Made by a program: the position numbers and the translations under genes. This document shows positions 20,289-30,166 of a stretch of DNA of 64,000 nucleotides, piece after piece. The DNA is taken from positions 1,088,001-1,152,000 of the forward strand of contig CAXXUK010000002.1 of NCBI GenBank assembly GCA_963665125.2, in the 5' to 3' direction. Origin of the DNA: an uncultured Desulfarculus sp. GTDB lineage: Bacteria; Desulfobacterota; Desulfarculia; Desulfarculales; Desulfarculaceae. The notes under the pieces are model-generated. The model was given only the letters and a program-made list of their open reading frames with translations. It was not told the origin of the DNA and searched no databases. Every line of letters starts with the position of its first letter. Within the stretch, counting starts at the first letter, position 1.

Positions 20289-21113
20289 ATGTTTGATTAC
20301 GTGTTGCCTGATTTGGTTTCGGACGTTGTTCGAGACAATGTGTATAAATCCCAAGATGTTTATAGAGATTTGTTTGACCGGTTTCCCGCCGATAAAATCG
20401 CTCTGGCTTGGACGGGAGGCAAGGATAGCACGCTGGCTCTCTGGATCTACCTGCTAACGGTCAGTGAAAATTCCCTGCCCATGCCCAAGGTTCTGTTTAT
20501 CGATGAAGGCGACGTTTTTGACGAGATTTACGATGTCGTCGATCGCGTAGTTGATAAAACAGGGATTCACGTTTCGATTCGTAAAAATGATGACATAATC
20601 TCGCGAGCCGGAGGGATGTTGGCTGAAGTGACGGTCGCCGAGCTGTCTTCACGGAACCGGGCCGAGATCGCCAAGCTTGGATATACCGAGCCGGTTTTTG
20701 CTTTTGATCCGGAGTCGTCTGTCGGCAATCACCTGATGAAAACGGTTGTCCTCAACAGTTTCATCGAAGAGCAAGGCATCGAGGCTGTCGTTACGGCGTT
20801 GAGATGGGATGAACAGACCGCCCGGCAGGCCGAAACCTATTTCAGCGACCGCACTGAACCTGCGCACACCAGGGTGCACCCCATTCTTCATTTCACAGAG
20901 AGAATGGTCTGGCAAGCCACCCGGGAGATGGGTATTCCTTACTGCTCGCTATACAAGCGGGGCTACCGTTCGTTGGGCACCAAAAGCGGAACCATGACAG
21001 TCTCGGATATACCAGCATGGGAGCAGGACCTGGAAAACACGAGCGAACGGGAGGGGCGCGACCAGGGCAAGGAAGCTATCATGGCGCAGTTGCGGTCCTT
21101 GGGATATATGTAA
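20289..21113 (+). CDS. PAPS-reductase-family PP-loop protein, most likely CysD-like ATP sulfurylase
   Basis: WTGGKDS PP-motif, LRWDE, RVHPILHFTE, GYRSLG, C-terminal EREGR..LGYM; no ECGLH reductase cysteine motif. Confidence 0.78.
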   Translation: MFDYVLPDLVSDVVRDNVYKSQDVYRDLFDRFPADKIALAWTGGKDSTLALWIYLLTVSENSLPMPKVLFIDEGDVFDEIYDVVDRVVDKTGIHVSIRKNDDIISRAGGMLAEVTVAELSSRNRAEIAKLGYTEPVFAFDPESSVGNHLMKTVVLNSFIEEQGIEAVVTALRWDEQTARQAETYFSDRTEPAHTRVHPILHFTERMVWQATREMGIPYCSLYKRGYRSLGTKSGTMTVSDIPAWEQDLENTSEREGRDQGKEAIMAQLRSLGYM

Positions 21114-21114
21114 C

Positions 21115-22422
21115 ATGGCCTTGACCTCTTTTTTCGGTAAAAAAAAGAGACGCGTCGTCGTACTTGGCCTCGACGGAGTTCCCTATTCACTGTTGACCGG
21201 ACTCAACGAAAAACAGGATATCATGCCGTTTTTCAGGCGATTGGTCCGTAACGGTGCGTTTCATCCCATTGAAGCTTCCACACCGGAAATATCGTCGGTC
21301 AGTTGGACGAACTTCGCCACCGGAGTCAATCCCGGAACCCACGGAATTTACGGGTTTACCGATTTTGAACCCGGCTCTTACAAATTCTGCTTCCCGGACT
21401 CCACCAGCATCAAAGCCCCGACCCTGTGGCAGACGTTGTCCGGCCGTAACAAACGCTCCGTGATCATCAACCTCCCAGCTACCTATCCTGTTCAACCCTT
21501 TAACGGGGCTATGATATCCGGATTTGTCTCTCCCAATATTGATATGTCAGTTCACCCGCGCAGCTTGCTGCCCTTCCTGAAACAGATAGGGTATCAGGTG
21601 GATATGAACCTGGCCCAGGCACGAAATGATCCGGACTACCTGGATCAGGCCCTGCATCAGACCCTAAGGCAGCGCAGACAAGTGGCGGAGAAACTATGGA
21701 CGGAAGAAGACTGGGAACTGTTCATTCTGGTGGTCACCGGTACGGACCGCCTTCATCATTTCCAGTTTGACGCGTCCCTAGAAACGAGCCATCCATTTCA
21801 CGATCGTTTCATGAAATATTATCGGGCGGTGGATGATCTGATCGCCTGGGTTCACGGGAAGTTCACCGAGGATTGTCACAAAGACAGCCTTTTCATCATG
21901 CTGTCCGACCATGGCTTTACCGCCGTCAAAAGGGAGGTTTACCTCAACACCTTCCTCCAAAAACGCGGCTATCTAGCGTACTCCGAACCATCCCCGCAAA
22001 CCATACAGTCCATTGGACCGGGCTCCAGGGCTTTCGCCATGGACCCTTCTCGCATCTATATTAACCGCAAAGGGCGCTATCCCTTGGGGGAAGTCGCCGC
22101 AGATGAAGTCGAGGCCCTGACGATGGAGTTGCGGGAAGAGCTTGCGGGTATTACTTGTGAAGGAGAACCGGTCATACGTAATGTGTATACCCGGGACGAG
22201 TTGTATTCCGGTCCGTGGACCGAAGCTGCTCCCGACCTGGTCTTGATCAGCCACCCAGGGTTCGACCTCAAGGCGAATGTCACGCATGATGATGTCTTTG
22301 GCCGAAGCGCCCTGACAGGCATGCATACTAGGGACAACGCTTTCTGTTACATGAACGGAACCTCGACGCCCGTGAAAAACGTGATTGATTTTGCACCAAT
22401 CATCCTGGATTTTCTGTCATGA
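21115..22422 (+). CDS. Alkaline phosphatase superfamily, type I phosphodiesterase/NPP-like protein
   Basis: VLGLDG, PEISSVSWTNFATGVNPGTHG, DRLHH, SDHGF, TGMH. Confidence 0.88.
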   Translation: MALTSFFGKKKRRVVVLGLDGVPYSLLTGLNEKQDIMPFFRRLVRNGAFHPIEASTPEISSVSWTNFATGVNPGTHGIYGFTDFEPGSYKFCFPDSTSIKAPTLWQTLSGRNKRSVIINLPATYPVQPFNGAMISGFVSPNIDMSVHPRSLLPFLKQIGYQVDMNLAQARNDPDYLDQALHQTLRQRRQVAEKLWTEEDWELFILVVTGTDRLHHFQFDASLETSHPFHDRFMKYYRAVDDLIAWVHGKFTEDCHKDSLFIMLSDHGFTAVKREVYLNTFLQKRGYLAYSEPSPQTIQSIGPGSRAFAMDPSRIYINRKGRYPLGEVAADEVEALTMELREELAGITCEGEPVIRNVYTRDELYSGPWTEAAPDLVLISHPGFDLKANVTHDDVFGRSALTGMHTRDNAFCYMNGTSTPVKNVIDFAPIILDFLS

Positions 22423-23471
22423 CGACAGGTTATACCATGGCCACGACTGAATTGAAAAATACGAAGACTGACTGTAAAGAACCGGCCGCCGGAAAGGCGG
22501 GGCTCTCCGTGGTTGTGCCGGCCCATAACGAAGAAGGTAACATAATCGAACTGGTGGAACGTTTCGACACCCTGAAGCGGAACCATTCTTACATCGACCT
22601 TGAAGTCATATTCGTTGATGACGGCAGCACCGATGGAACCTATGAAAAGATGAACCACTGCCGCGAGTCGCATGATTTCATCAGCATCATCCGATTTCGC
22701 CGCAATCAAGGCCTCACCTCGGCACTAAACGCTGGCTTCCATGCCGCCAGGCACGAGTTCCTCGCCTTCTACCCTGCGGATTTGCAGTATCTGCCGGAAG
22801 ACTTGGCCGTGTTGGTGGCCCCGCTGATCGAGCGCGATGACGTAGATATCGTTTGTGGAAAGCGAATCGGCGAATATAAGAAATGGTTCATATCCAAAAT
22901 TTATTCACATTTCAGCAGGTTGTTCTTCAACGTCAAGGTTACTGACCAGAATAGTGTCAAGGTCTTCCGGCGCGCGCTGATCGACGAACTCTGCCTTCGT
23001 TCCAGCATGCACCGCTACATCGTGGCGGTGGCCAGTTACAAGGGATACCGGATCGTCGAGGTGCCGATCAACCTGTACCCCAGGAAATGGGGGCGCAGCA
23101 AGTTTTTCGATCCCTTACGGGTGGTCTCAGGCATACTGGATCTGATTTCCATCAAATTCGAACTCACCTTCCTGGACCGGCCAATGGTATTTTTCGGTGG
23201 AATGGGTATTATGCTCATTTTTATCGGGCTCCTCGTCGGAGCGTCCTATTACCCGTTAAGGGTGTTGGGGTTGATCACATCACCAGCCAAGTTTACATTC
23301 TTCATCACGTCCTGGGGGGCGATCCTCAGCGGCATCATGCTGTTCTGCTTCGGTTTTATCAGTGATTTTATTCTCAGGGTTGTCGGTAACAATACCAATA
23401 CGGCCTCAGTGTTATCGTATCAACCATGCCGGGCCCAACAAAACGAGAAAGATACTTCGGCATGCGAATAG
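22419..23471 (+). CDS. GT2 polyprenol-phosphate glycosyltransferase (DPM/ArnC/GtrB-like)
   Basis: SVVVPAHNEE, VDDGSTDGT, RNQG, ADLQY, two C-terminal TM helices. Confidence 0.9.
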   Translation: MTTGYTMATTELKNTKTDCKEPAAGKAGLSVVVPAHNEEGNIIELVERFDTLKRNHSYIDLEVIFVDDGSTDGTYEKMNHCRESHDFISIIRFRRNQGLTSALNAGFHAARHEFLAFYPADLQYLPEDLAVLVAPLIERDDVDIVCGKRIGEYKKWFISKIYSHFSRLFFNVKVTDQNSVKVFRRALIDELCLRSSMHRYIVAVASYKGYRIVEVPINLYPRKWGRSKFFDPLRVVSGILDLISIKFELTFLDRPMVFFGGMGIMLIFIGLLVGASYYPLRVLGLITSPAKFTFFITSWGAILSGIMLFCFGFISDFILRVVGNNTNTASVLSYQPCRAQQNEKDTSACE

Positions 23472-24874
23472 TTCTGGTTTTCCCACCATGGCTGGAGACG
23501 TATGGTCGATTCGCCAGCGCTGCCAAGGTGGGATGCGTCACAATCCCCTTGGGCCTGTGTTATCTGGCCGCCGCCTGTAAGCAGGCGGGCCACGACGTTA
23601 CCATTATGGACGCCCAGACCGACATGCTGGACGTGAATATGTGCGTCGACCAGTTGCTGGGCATGGCGCCCGACGTGGTGGGAATATCTTCGACTACGCC
23701 CATCTATCACAATGCCCTGTCCATAGCCAAGGGCGTCAAGTCGCGAAGCGACATCCCGGTTGTCATGGGGGGCGTTCATCCGTCCATTGCCCGGGAAGCG
23801 GTGCTGGAAGACAGTCCCGAGGTCGACTTCGCCATGGTCGGTGAATGCGAACGCTCTCTGCCTCACTTTCTCGAAGTGTTGGGGGGGGAAGGCGATTACG
23901 CCGATGTATCGGGCCTGATCTATCGCCGGGGAGAGGAGATTCTTTCCAACCCGGTTGAATTTATCTCCGATCTGGACGCCATCCCCTTTCCGGACCGTAG
24001 CAGCCTTCCCCAGGATCTCTACATCCGTTCCGTCCCGGGAGTCGGCCTGGTGAGGTATACTGACTTTTTCTCTTCCCGCGGCTGCCCCTTTCGCTGCATC
24101 TTCTGTTCCGCCCATACCATCGCCGGCCGTAAAATCCGGTACCGTTCCATCCCGAACGTGATTGAAGAGATCGGCGAGTTGGTCGAAACATACAACGTCC
24201 GGCATATCGCCATCATGGACGAGAACTTCTGCCTGAGCGAGGAGCGTGTCGTCGAGTTCCGCGACGCCGTAAAGGCTTCGGGACTGTCGTTCACCTGGGA
24301 GGGAATGAGTCATGTGTCGACCGTGACTCGCGGGGCCATGAAGGCCATGAAGGATTCCGGTCTGGTAAGAATGTCGTTCGGCATCGAGAGCGGAAACCCT
24401 GAAATACTAAAGGTCATCCGTAAAAAAACAACTCTGGATCAGGTGCGACTGGCTTACGAAATGGCGGCGGAAGTGGGGGTCGAACGAAGGGGCTCTGCCA
24501 TTATCGGTCATCCGTACGAAACTAAGAAGACCGCCATGGACACTATTAATTTCCTGGTCGGCCTGAAGGAATGCCAACAGGTCTACCTCAACATCGCCAC
24601 GCCCTATCCGGGGACCGAGATGTGGGAGTGCGCCGTATCGGGCCGCGGTGGCATGAAACTGTTGACCAAGGACTTTTCTAAATATCAGCGGTACGGGCGT
24701 CCGGTGATTGAAGTCAATGATCTGACCGCCGATGACTTAGTCCGGCTCCAGCGATGGGGCCTGATCAAGTTTTACATTCAACCCCGTCGCTTTTACTACA
24801 ACCTCAAACGAGCTGGCTTTAAGGCTGGATTCCGGAACGCGCTCGCCTTTGCCAAGAGCATCGTCAAGGGGTGA
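23462..24874 (+). CDS. Cobalamin-binding radical SAM enzyme 1
   Basis: PLGLCYLAA, GGVHPS, GECE, SRGCPFRCIFC, FGIESG, TPYPGT. Confidence 0.92.
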   Translation: MRIVLVFPPWLETYGRFASAAKVGCVTIPLGLCYLAAACKQAGHDVTIMDAQTDMLDVNMCVDQLLGMAPDVVGISSTTPIYHNALSIAKGVKSRSDIPVVMGGVHPSIAREAVLEDSPEVDFAMVGECERSLPHFLEVLGGEGDYADVSGLIYRRGEEILSNPVEFISDLDAIPFPDRSSLPQDLYIRSVPGVGLVRYTDFFSSRGCPFRCIFCSAHTIAGRKIRYRSIPNVIEEIGELVETYNVRHIAIMDENFCLSEERVVEFRDAVKASGLSFTWEGMSHVSTVTRGAMKAMKDSGLVRMSFGIESGNPEILKVIRKKTTLDQVRLAYEMAAEVGVERRGSAIIGHPYETKKTAMDTINFLVGLKECQQVYLNIATPYPGTEMWECAVSGRGGMKLLTKDFSKYQRYGRPVIEVNDLTADDLVRLQRWGLIKFYIQPRRFYYNLKRAGFKAGFRNALAFAKSIVKG

Positions 24875-26340
24875 CAGCAATGAATGTACTGGTGCTGAAT
24901 CCCCCGAGTAAGACCCAACGCAATGTGATGCGGGATGTGATCTATGGTTGCTGGTGCAAGGGCCGACGAGTCGGCGGCCTCAAACTACCGCCGCTGGGAC
25001 TGCTTCTAACGGCCACCGTGTTGAAGGAAGACGGGTTCAATGTCACCCTCGTGGACGGCGGCCTGAGCGGCCTAGACTATGATGGCCTAATGGCCCGGTC
25101 CCGGGATTACGATGCCGTGGTATCGACGACCAGTTCCCATACGATCATTGAGGACAGCGCATGCCTTTCTGAGATGAAGGAGAGGAATCCAGATCTTGTC
25201 AGTCTCGTCTTCGGTCCGCGGCCTACCTTTTTGCCTGAGTTAGTACTGAAAGAGGACGCCTACGATATTTGCATTCAGCGGGAGCCCGATTTCATCATCA
25301 GGGATGTGTTGCGAGCCATGCGGGATCAGGGATTTGAGTCCGCCAGCTGGCGTTCTACCAAAGGAATCTCATTTTGTGACGAAGAGGGCCGGGTCATAAC
25401 CAATGAACCCTATCCCCTCATTAATGACCTGGATGTGCTGCCCTTTGCCGACCGGTCCATGCTTCCCGACAAGGTAGACTATTTTAACCCGGTGGCCCTC
25501 CGTTTTCCAATGACCACAATGATGGTCTCTCGGGGCTGTCCGGCCAGGTGCACCTTCTGCCTGTCCCCGTATTTTTACGGCAATACGGTTCGTTATCGTT
25601 CCACCGAAAACATCATGGAGGAACTAAGGACTGTCCGTGCGCAGGGATACAAAGAGGTCTTTTTTCGGGATGAAACTTTCACCGCCAGCAGAAAACGGAT
25701 CATGGCCCTCTGTCGGGCCATGATTGATGAGAATATCGACCTGACCTGGACCGCCAACGCACGGGTGGGCATGCTTGACAGGGAGATGGCGGCCCTAATG
25801 AAAAAGGCGGGCTGCCACACGATTAAGTTCGGTGTCGAATCTGGGAGCCAGGTTATTCTGGATCGCATCCGAAAAGGCATCAATCTGGAAAAAGCAGAGG
25901 AAACGTACCGCTGGCTAGAGCGGATGGGCATCAATACTCACGCCCATTTCATGATCGGGCATCCCGGAGAGACCGCGGCCGACTTCGAACAGACCATCGC
26001 CCTGCTCAAACGCCTGCGTGCGACCACGATCTCCATCGGCGTGATGACCCCCTACCCGGGCACGCCTCAGTTCGACGCCTTGGCTGAAAAGCATCCCGAG
26101 GTTCTCGATCCGAGGCACGCCAGTTTCGACGCTAAGGACAGCGGATACCTCGCTTCCTTGGGTGCCGACATGACTGCCCGGCAGATCGAACAGGGCGTCA
26201 AACGCGCTTATCGAACGTTCTATATGCGACCCGGATATTTAGCCCGGTGGCTGCTTCGCATCAAAACGCTGGACGATTTTAAACGGTTGACTCTGGCCGG
26301 GTCGCAGGTGTTCGGCTTTATTTTCGCTGATGACAATTGA
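24871..26340 (+). CDS. Cobalamin-binding radical SAM enzyme 2 (HpnJ/BchE-like N-terminus)
   Basis: VLNPPS, SRGCPARCTFC, FFRDETFT, FGVESG, TPYPGT; start GTG 24871 or ATG 24880. Confidence 0.9.
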   Translation: MTAMNVLVLNPPSKTQRNVMRDVIYGCWCKGRRVGGLKLPPLGLLLTATVLKEDGFNVTLVDGGLSGLDYDGLMARSRDYDAVVSTTSSHTIIEDSACLSEMKERNPDLVSLVFGPRPTFLPELVLKEDAYDICIQREPDFIIRDVLRAMRDQGFESASWRSTKGISFCDEEGRVITNEPYPLINDLDVLPFADRSMLPDKVDYFNPVALRFPMTTMMVSRGCPARCTFCLSPYFYGNTVRYRSTENIMEELRTVRAQGYKEVFFRDETFTASRKRIMALCRAMIDENIDLTWTANARVGMLDREMAALMKKAGCHTIKFGVESGSQVILDRIRKGINLEKAEETYRWLERMGINTHAHFMIGHPGETAADFEQTIALLKRLRATTISIGVMTPYPGTPQFDALAEKHPEVLDPRHASFDAKDSGYLASLGADMTARQIEQGVKRAYRTFYMRPGYLARWLLRIKTLDDFKRLTLAGSQVFGFIFADDN

Positions 26341-27295
26341 GCCGAACAAGTTCGCCCCTCCCCCAGAGAGGGTGGGCACCGTTAGTGTGGACATGGACGG
26401 GCTCCCTATTATGCTGCGTCAACGCGGTTTTACTCCCTTGCCGGGGGTGGACCTTGATATCGTATACACACGAGGTCTGCCACGCCTGCTGGACCTATTC
26501 GACACCTACGGTATTAAGGCCACATTCTTCATAAACGGCCGGGACACGGATAGGTCCCCCGAATCGGCGGACTTGGCCAGGGAGGCATTCCGGAAAGGCC
26601 ATGAGATTGCCAATCACGGCTACGAGCACTTGCCGTTCCTAACTAGGGCCCCGCGCGAACAGGTGGAAGAGGAGATTAAAAGGGGGGAAGAGGCCATCGA
26701 AAGGCTGATCGGTGAAAAACCGGTTGGGTTTCGGGCGCCGGATTGGAACATCACCCCCTTGGTTATGGAAGTTCTTGAGGAGCGGGGGTATCGGTACGAC
26801 TCATCCGTACTTCCGACATTCCACCGCTTTCTGTTCCAATTTTTACATTGGAAAAACAACAACTATCGGCGTCATCCAACGCTGGGCAGCCCCTGGACCC
26901 AGATGTTGGCCCCTTTGACCCCGTACCATCCGGGAGGCTCCCCAGGCAGACTGGGTGCAAAGCGGATCATTGAACTACCCTTGACCGTTTCCCCTATGCT
27001 GCGCGTCCCTTTCTGGGGAACATCTTTTATGAAGTTCGGCCGCAAGAGCCTTGACAGCATATTGTCCTCAACAAAGCGGGCTGGCCTGGGGTACTTCAAT
27101 TTCCTGATGCATGGAATAGACTTGGTCGCCCCTGAAGAGATCGGCGATCCGCGCCTAGCCGGCAAGCCGGGGGCAAAAAGAGCGTTGAAAGATAAAATGG
27201 CTGACTGGCATTATCTGCTGGAGCGCATGTCAAACGAATACCGTCTTATAACCTGCGTTCAGGTGGTGGAGCACAGCTCTAAGCGAGGTTATTGA
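26330..27295 (+). CDS. Polysaccharide deacetylase (CE4 family)
   Basis: SVDMD, ATFF, GHEIANHGYEH, GFRAP, YDSS. Confidence 0.9.
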   Translation: MTIEPNKFAPPPERVGTVSVDMDGLPIMLRQRGFTPLPGVDLDIVYTRGLPRLLDLFDTYGIKATFFINGRDTDRSPESADLAREAFRKGHEIANHGYEHLPFLTRAPREQVEEEIKRGEEAIERLIGEKPVGFRAPDWNITPLVMEVLEERGYRYDSSVLPTFHRFLFQFLHWKNNNYRRHPTLGSPWTQMLAPLTPYHPGGSPGRLGAKRIIELPLTVSPMLRVPFWGTSFMKFGRKSLDSILSSTKRAGLGYFNFLMHGIDLVAPEEIGDPRLAGKPGAKRALKDKMADWHYLLERMSNEYRLITCVQVVEHSSKRGY

Positions 27296-27296
27296 T

Positions 27297-28178
27297 ATGT
27301 CAAACATTCCTGTTTGTTCGTTATGCGGCTCTGAGGAAAGTTCGGTGGTCCGGCGAAAACTTTTTGATATACCAGGTGAGTCTGGACCAGAGTTTTTCGA
27401 GCATGTCGTCCACCAATGCCATTCCTGTGGTTTTCATTATGTCCATCCCTTACCCAGCGCCGACGAACTGCAACGTATCATCGAACGGAATACTGGTATT
27501 TACATTCAAGAGAGTGTGGATGCCCGTAGGGCCAGCAGTAAACGCATTATTGACCTGCTGGGTCGCTTCCGTTCCGAGCCTGGAAGTCTGCTGGATATCG
27601 GGTGCGCCACCGGTCTTTTAATGGAAACTGCCCGGGAGGCGGGATGGCGCGTCAGCGGGATCGACGCGTTCGAGGAGGCCGTACTCCAGGCCCGGGAAGA
27701 AAAAGGCTTGGAGGTTTATCATGCCTCGTTGGGTTTGAATGGAAAGATCCAATGGCCCCACGGGATCGCCGGACGAACTTTCGATGCGGTGAGCATGATG
27801 TGGGTTATCAACCTGATCTCCCCCCCTGGCCTGCTTTTACAACGTGTAAGGGATATTCTGAATCCCTCTGGACTCCTTATCATCGGAACCACGAATATTC
27901 GCAGTCTGCCATCTCGCCTGTGGGGTAATCGGTGGCGCGGATTAGTTGGTCTGTGCCAGTTTCATTATTCCGATCAATCTATAAGGACAGCACTCACCCA
28001 AAATGGATTCGAGTGTCTTTCGATAAACCGAACCCCCATACGCTATAACAGTTTGGGGTATATTCTAAAAAAAATCAGTGGTTATGACCTATTACATCTG
28101 AAAAAAAATCCGCCCCTATCATGGCTGATCCCCATTCCAACAATTGATTGCATGGAAGTAGTAGCCCGAAAAGCATAA
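27297..28178 (+). CDS. Class I SAM-dependent methyltransferase with N-terminal Zn-ribbon
   Basis: CSLC...CHSC, LLDIGCATG, LNPSG. Confidence 0.88.
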   Translation: MSNIPVCSLCGSEESSVVRRKLFDIPGESGPEFFEHVVHQCHSCGFHYVHPLPSADELQRIIERNTGIYIQESVDARRASSKRIIDLLGRFRSEPGSLLDIGCATGLLMETAREAGWRVSGIDAFEEAVLQAREEKGLEVYHASLGLNGKIQWPHGIAGRTFDAVSMMWVINLISPPGLLLQRVRDILNPSGLLIIGTTNIRSLPSRLWGNRWRGLVGLCQFHYSDQSIRTALTQNGFECLSINRTPIRYNSLGYILKKISGYDLLHLKKNPPLSWLIPIPTIDCMEVVARKA

Positions 28179-28190
28179 AGGGGTCATTAG

Positions 28191-29174
28191 GTGGTGACAA
28201 GTCAGAACACTCCCCTGAAACACCGCAGGACGACTCGTATCCTGTTGCGGTGCACGGGACCGCTTTTAGCGATCTACCTGATATCCCGGCTGGATTTCAA
28301 TAAAGTCTGGCTCTATATGCAATCATTGCATTACGAGTACCTTCTGCTGGCCATTGGGGCTTCCCTGCCAGTATGGATGATTAAAACACTTAAATGGAAA
28401 GTCATTAACGAGTTTCTTGATATAAAAACCGACTTTCGGCGTCTATTAATTGCCACCATCGCGGTGGATCACATCAGCGCCCTATCACCGGCCAAGATCG
28501 GTGAGGCGGTCAAGATGACCTACCTGCGAAAAGACGCCTCCATGGTCCGTCTGCTCTCGACATTAGTGATCGACCGCTTGACCGAGGGGATCACTTTGCT
28601 GGTTCTGGGCCTGGCCGCGCTTTTATTTCTGGTTGGCGAAGAAAAGACCACCTTCGACCTGGCGGCGGTTACGTCCACGGCTCTGGCGCTTGCCTGTTCC
28701 GTCATCGTCTTCCTGGCGATCAGGGTTCTCCCCGTGAGGGAATGGCTGACTCGCATCGAAAAGAAATCGAAGACCGCCGGCTTTCGAGCCAGACTGATGT
28801 CATGGATTGTCGAGATGCTGCAAGCTATACAGCAACTTGACGCCAGAGATTACCTTGTACTACTGCTCTGCTCATTACTGGTCTGGTCCACAACTTACGT
28901 CAGAGCCATACTGTTGGCCCAGTGCATTGGGCTGGATCTGACATGGCTCATCCTGGCTGCTCTGGTAACGGCCGCGACGATATTGCAATTACTTCCGATT
29001 TCGATAATGGGCATCGGTTCCCGTGATGTGCTGTTCGTGGTTGTACTGGGCCAGATGGGAGTACCTCAGGAAGTGTCTTTAAGTTACTCGTTTTTATTTG
29101 TGGTTTTACGATTGGTTGAATTATTATTCAGCTACATTGCCTGGCTGGTCTGGCCCCCGGATGAATTCGCATGA
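28191..29174 (+). CDS. Lysylphosphatidylglycerol-synthase TM domain (UPF0104) flippase-like protein
   Basis: PAKIGEAVK, IDRL, LPISIMGIGSRD motifs; multi-TM. Confidence 0.88.
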   Translation: MVTSQNTPLKHRRTTRILLRCTGPLLAIYLISRLDFNKVWLYMQSLHYEYLLLAIGASLPVWMIKTLKWKVINEFLDIKTDFRRLLIATIAVDHISALSPAKIGEAVKMTYLRKDASMVRLLSTLVIDRLTEGITLLVLGLAALLFLVGEEKTTFDLAAVTSTALALACSVIVFLAIRVLPVREWLTRIEKKSKTAGFRARLMSWIVEMLQAIQQLDARDYLVLLLCSLLVWSTTYVRAILLAQCIGLDLTWLILAALVTAATILQLLPISIMGIGSRDVLFVVVLGQMGVPQEVSLSYSFLFVVLRLVELLFSYIAWLVWPPDEFA

Positions 29175-29570
29175 AGGTTCGGCAAGGATGGAGTGGCTGA
29201 ATGCTCCAGGGTAGGCAAGTAGCTTCTGTCCACAAATGAAGAAACTATTCAGATCTACCATAATGATTTCAATGGTTTTAACGTCTGGTAAGCCGTGGCC
29301 TTTATTCGTCAACAGAAAAGGCTGGTTTTTAACCGGAGGAGTACGCAATACAAGCGCATTAGCTGCGGCTTGCTACGGGAGCTAACGAGCAATTCAACAA
29401 AACGGCTATTGATTTCTTAAGTGTCGGAATGGTGCGCATATTGCTGCGCGATATCTCAACTTTCGACATATTTAACGGCGGCTGACCAACTAGAAATGAC
29501 TGCGCAGACAATGCGAAATTATGTTCACGGGGATATTGTCATGACGGATACATCCGCTCGGGAGTAATAG

Positions 29571-30123
29571 ATGCCAAAGGACTTGTCGTTCAAGGGGAAA
29601 ATTTCAACGGGAACCTTCTACACTCCCCTGCACAATCTTGTGGAGAAAGGTGTGCAGAAACAGGGAATCCCACCAGGCAAGAAAGATTTTACTGAATGGT
29701 TGGAAAGGGCCTATCCTGGCAATCGTGAGAATCTGGAGGTGCTGGATGCCGGATGTGGAGTCCATGCGCTCAATTCACGAATCTGCTCGGAGCATGGAAT
29801 AAAAAAGATATCAGCAATAGACTACAATCCGGAAGCGATTAAAAATATACAATCGCAATTCCCCACGCTTTATACCTTTTTCCGTTGGCAATAAGGTGGT
29901 GTGCAAGCTCTTTCCTCCCTTTGCGGCTAACTGGATACTCGATAGAATGTATGTGCCGGTGGTCTGGATATATTCGGCACGGGAAATACGATTATATGTC
30001 AACAAGCTGGGGGCAAATGTCGTGGATGAATGGCCCAACAGCTATGATGTTTTTGTAAATTTACCTTTGGGGAAATATATTTCAGGTGACGGTCTAATCC
30101 GTGCCTATATTATAAAAAAATAA
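29571..30123 (+). pseudogene. Class I SAM methyltransferase pseudogene (internal deletion/frameshift near 29860)
   Basis: N-half has VLDAGCG and AIDYN and stops at 29894; another frame reads PRFIPFSVGNKVVCKLFPPFAANWILDRMYVP to 30123; central motifs are missing. Confidence 0.7.
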
Positions 30124-30166
30124 GCGACTTGTCGCTTTCTTTTTTAATGAATAGGGTGTTGCCAAA

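Noticed and set aside
20289..21113. cysH (assimilatory PAPS reductase)
   Set aside because: No C-terminal ECGLH catalytic motif and no sulfite reductase context.
22419..29174. Bona fide hopanoid hpnIJKL cluster
   Set aside because: No squalene-hopene cyclase or other hpn genes in the window, and the deacetylase is not recognisably YdjC/HpnK type; kept only as an analogy.
29236..29385. 49-codon ORF MKKLFRSTIMISMVL...
   Set aside because: No clear RBS or recognisable homology; cannot be supported.
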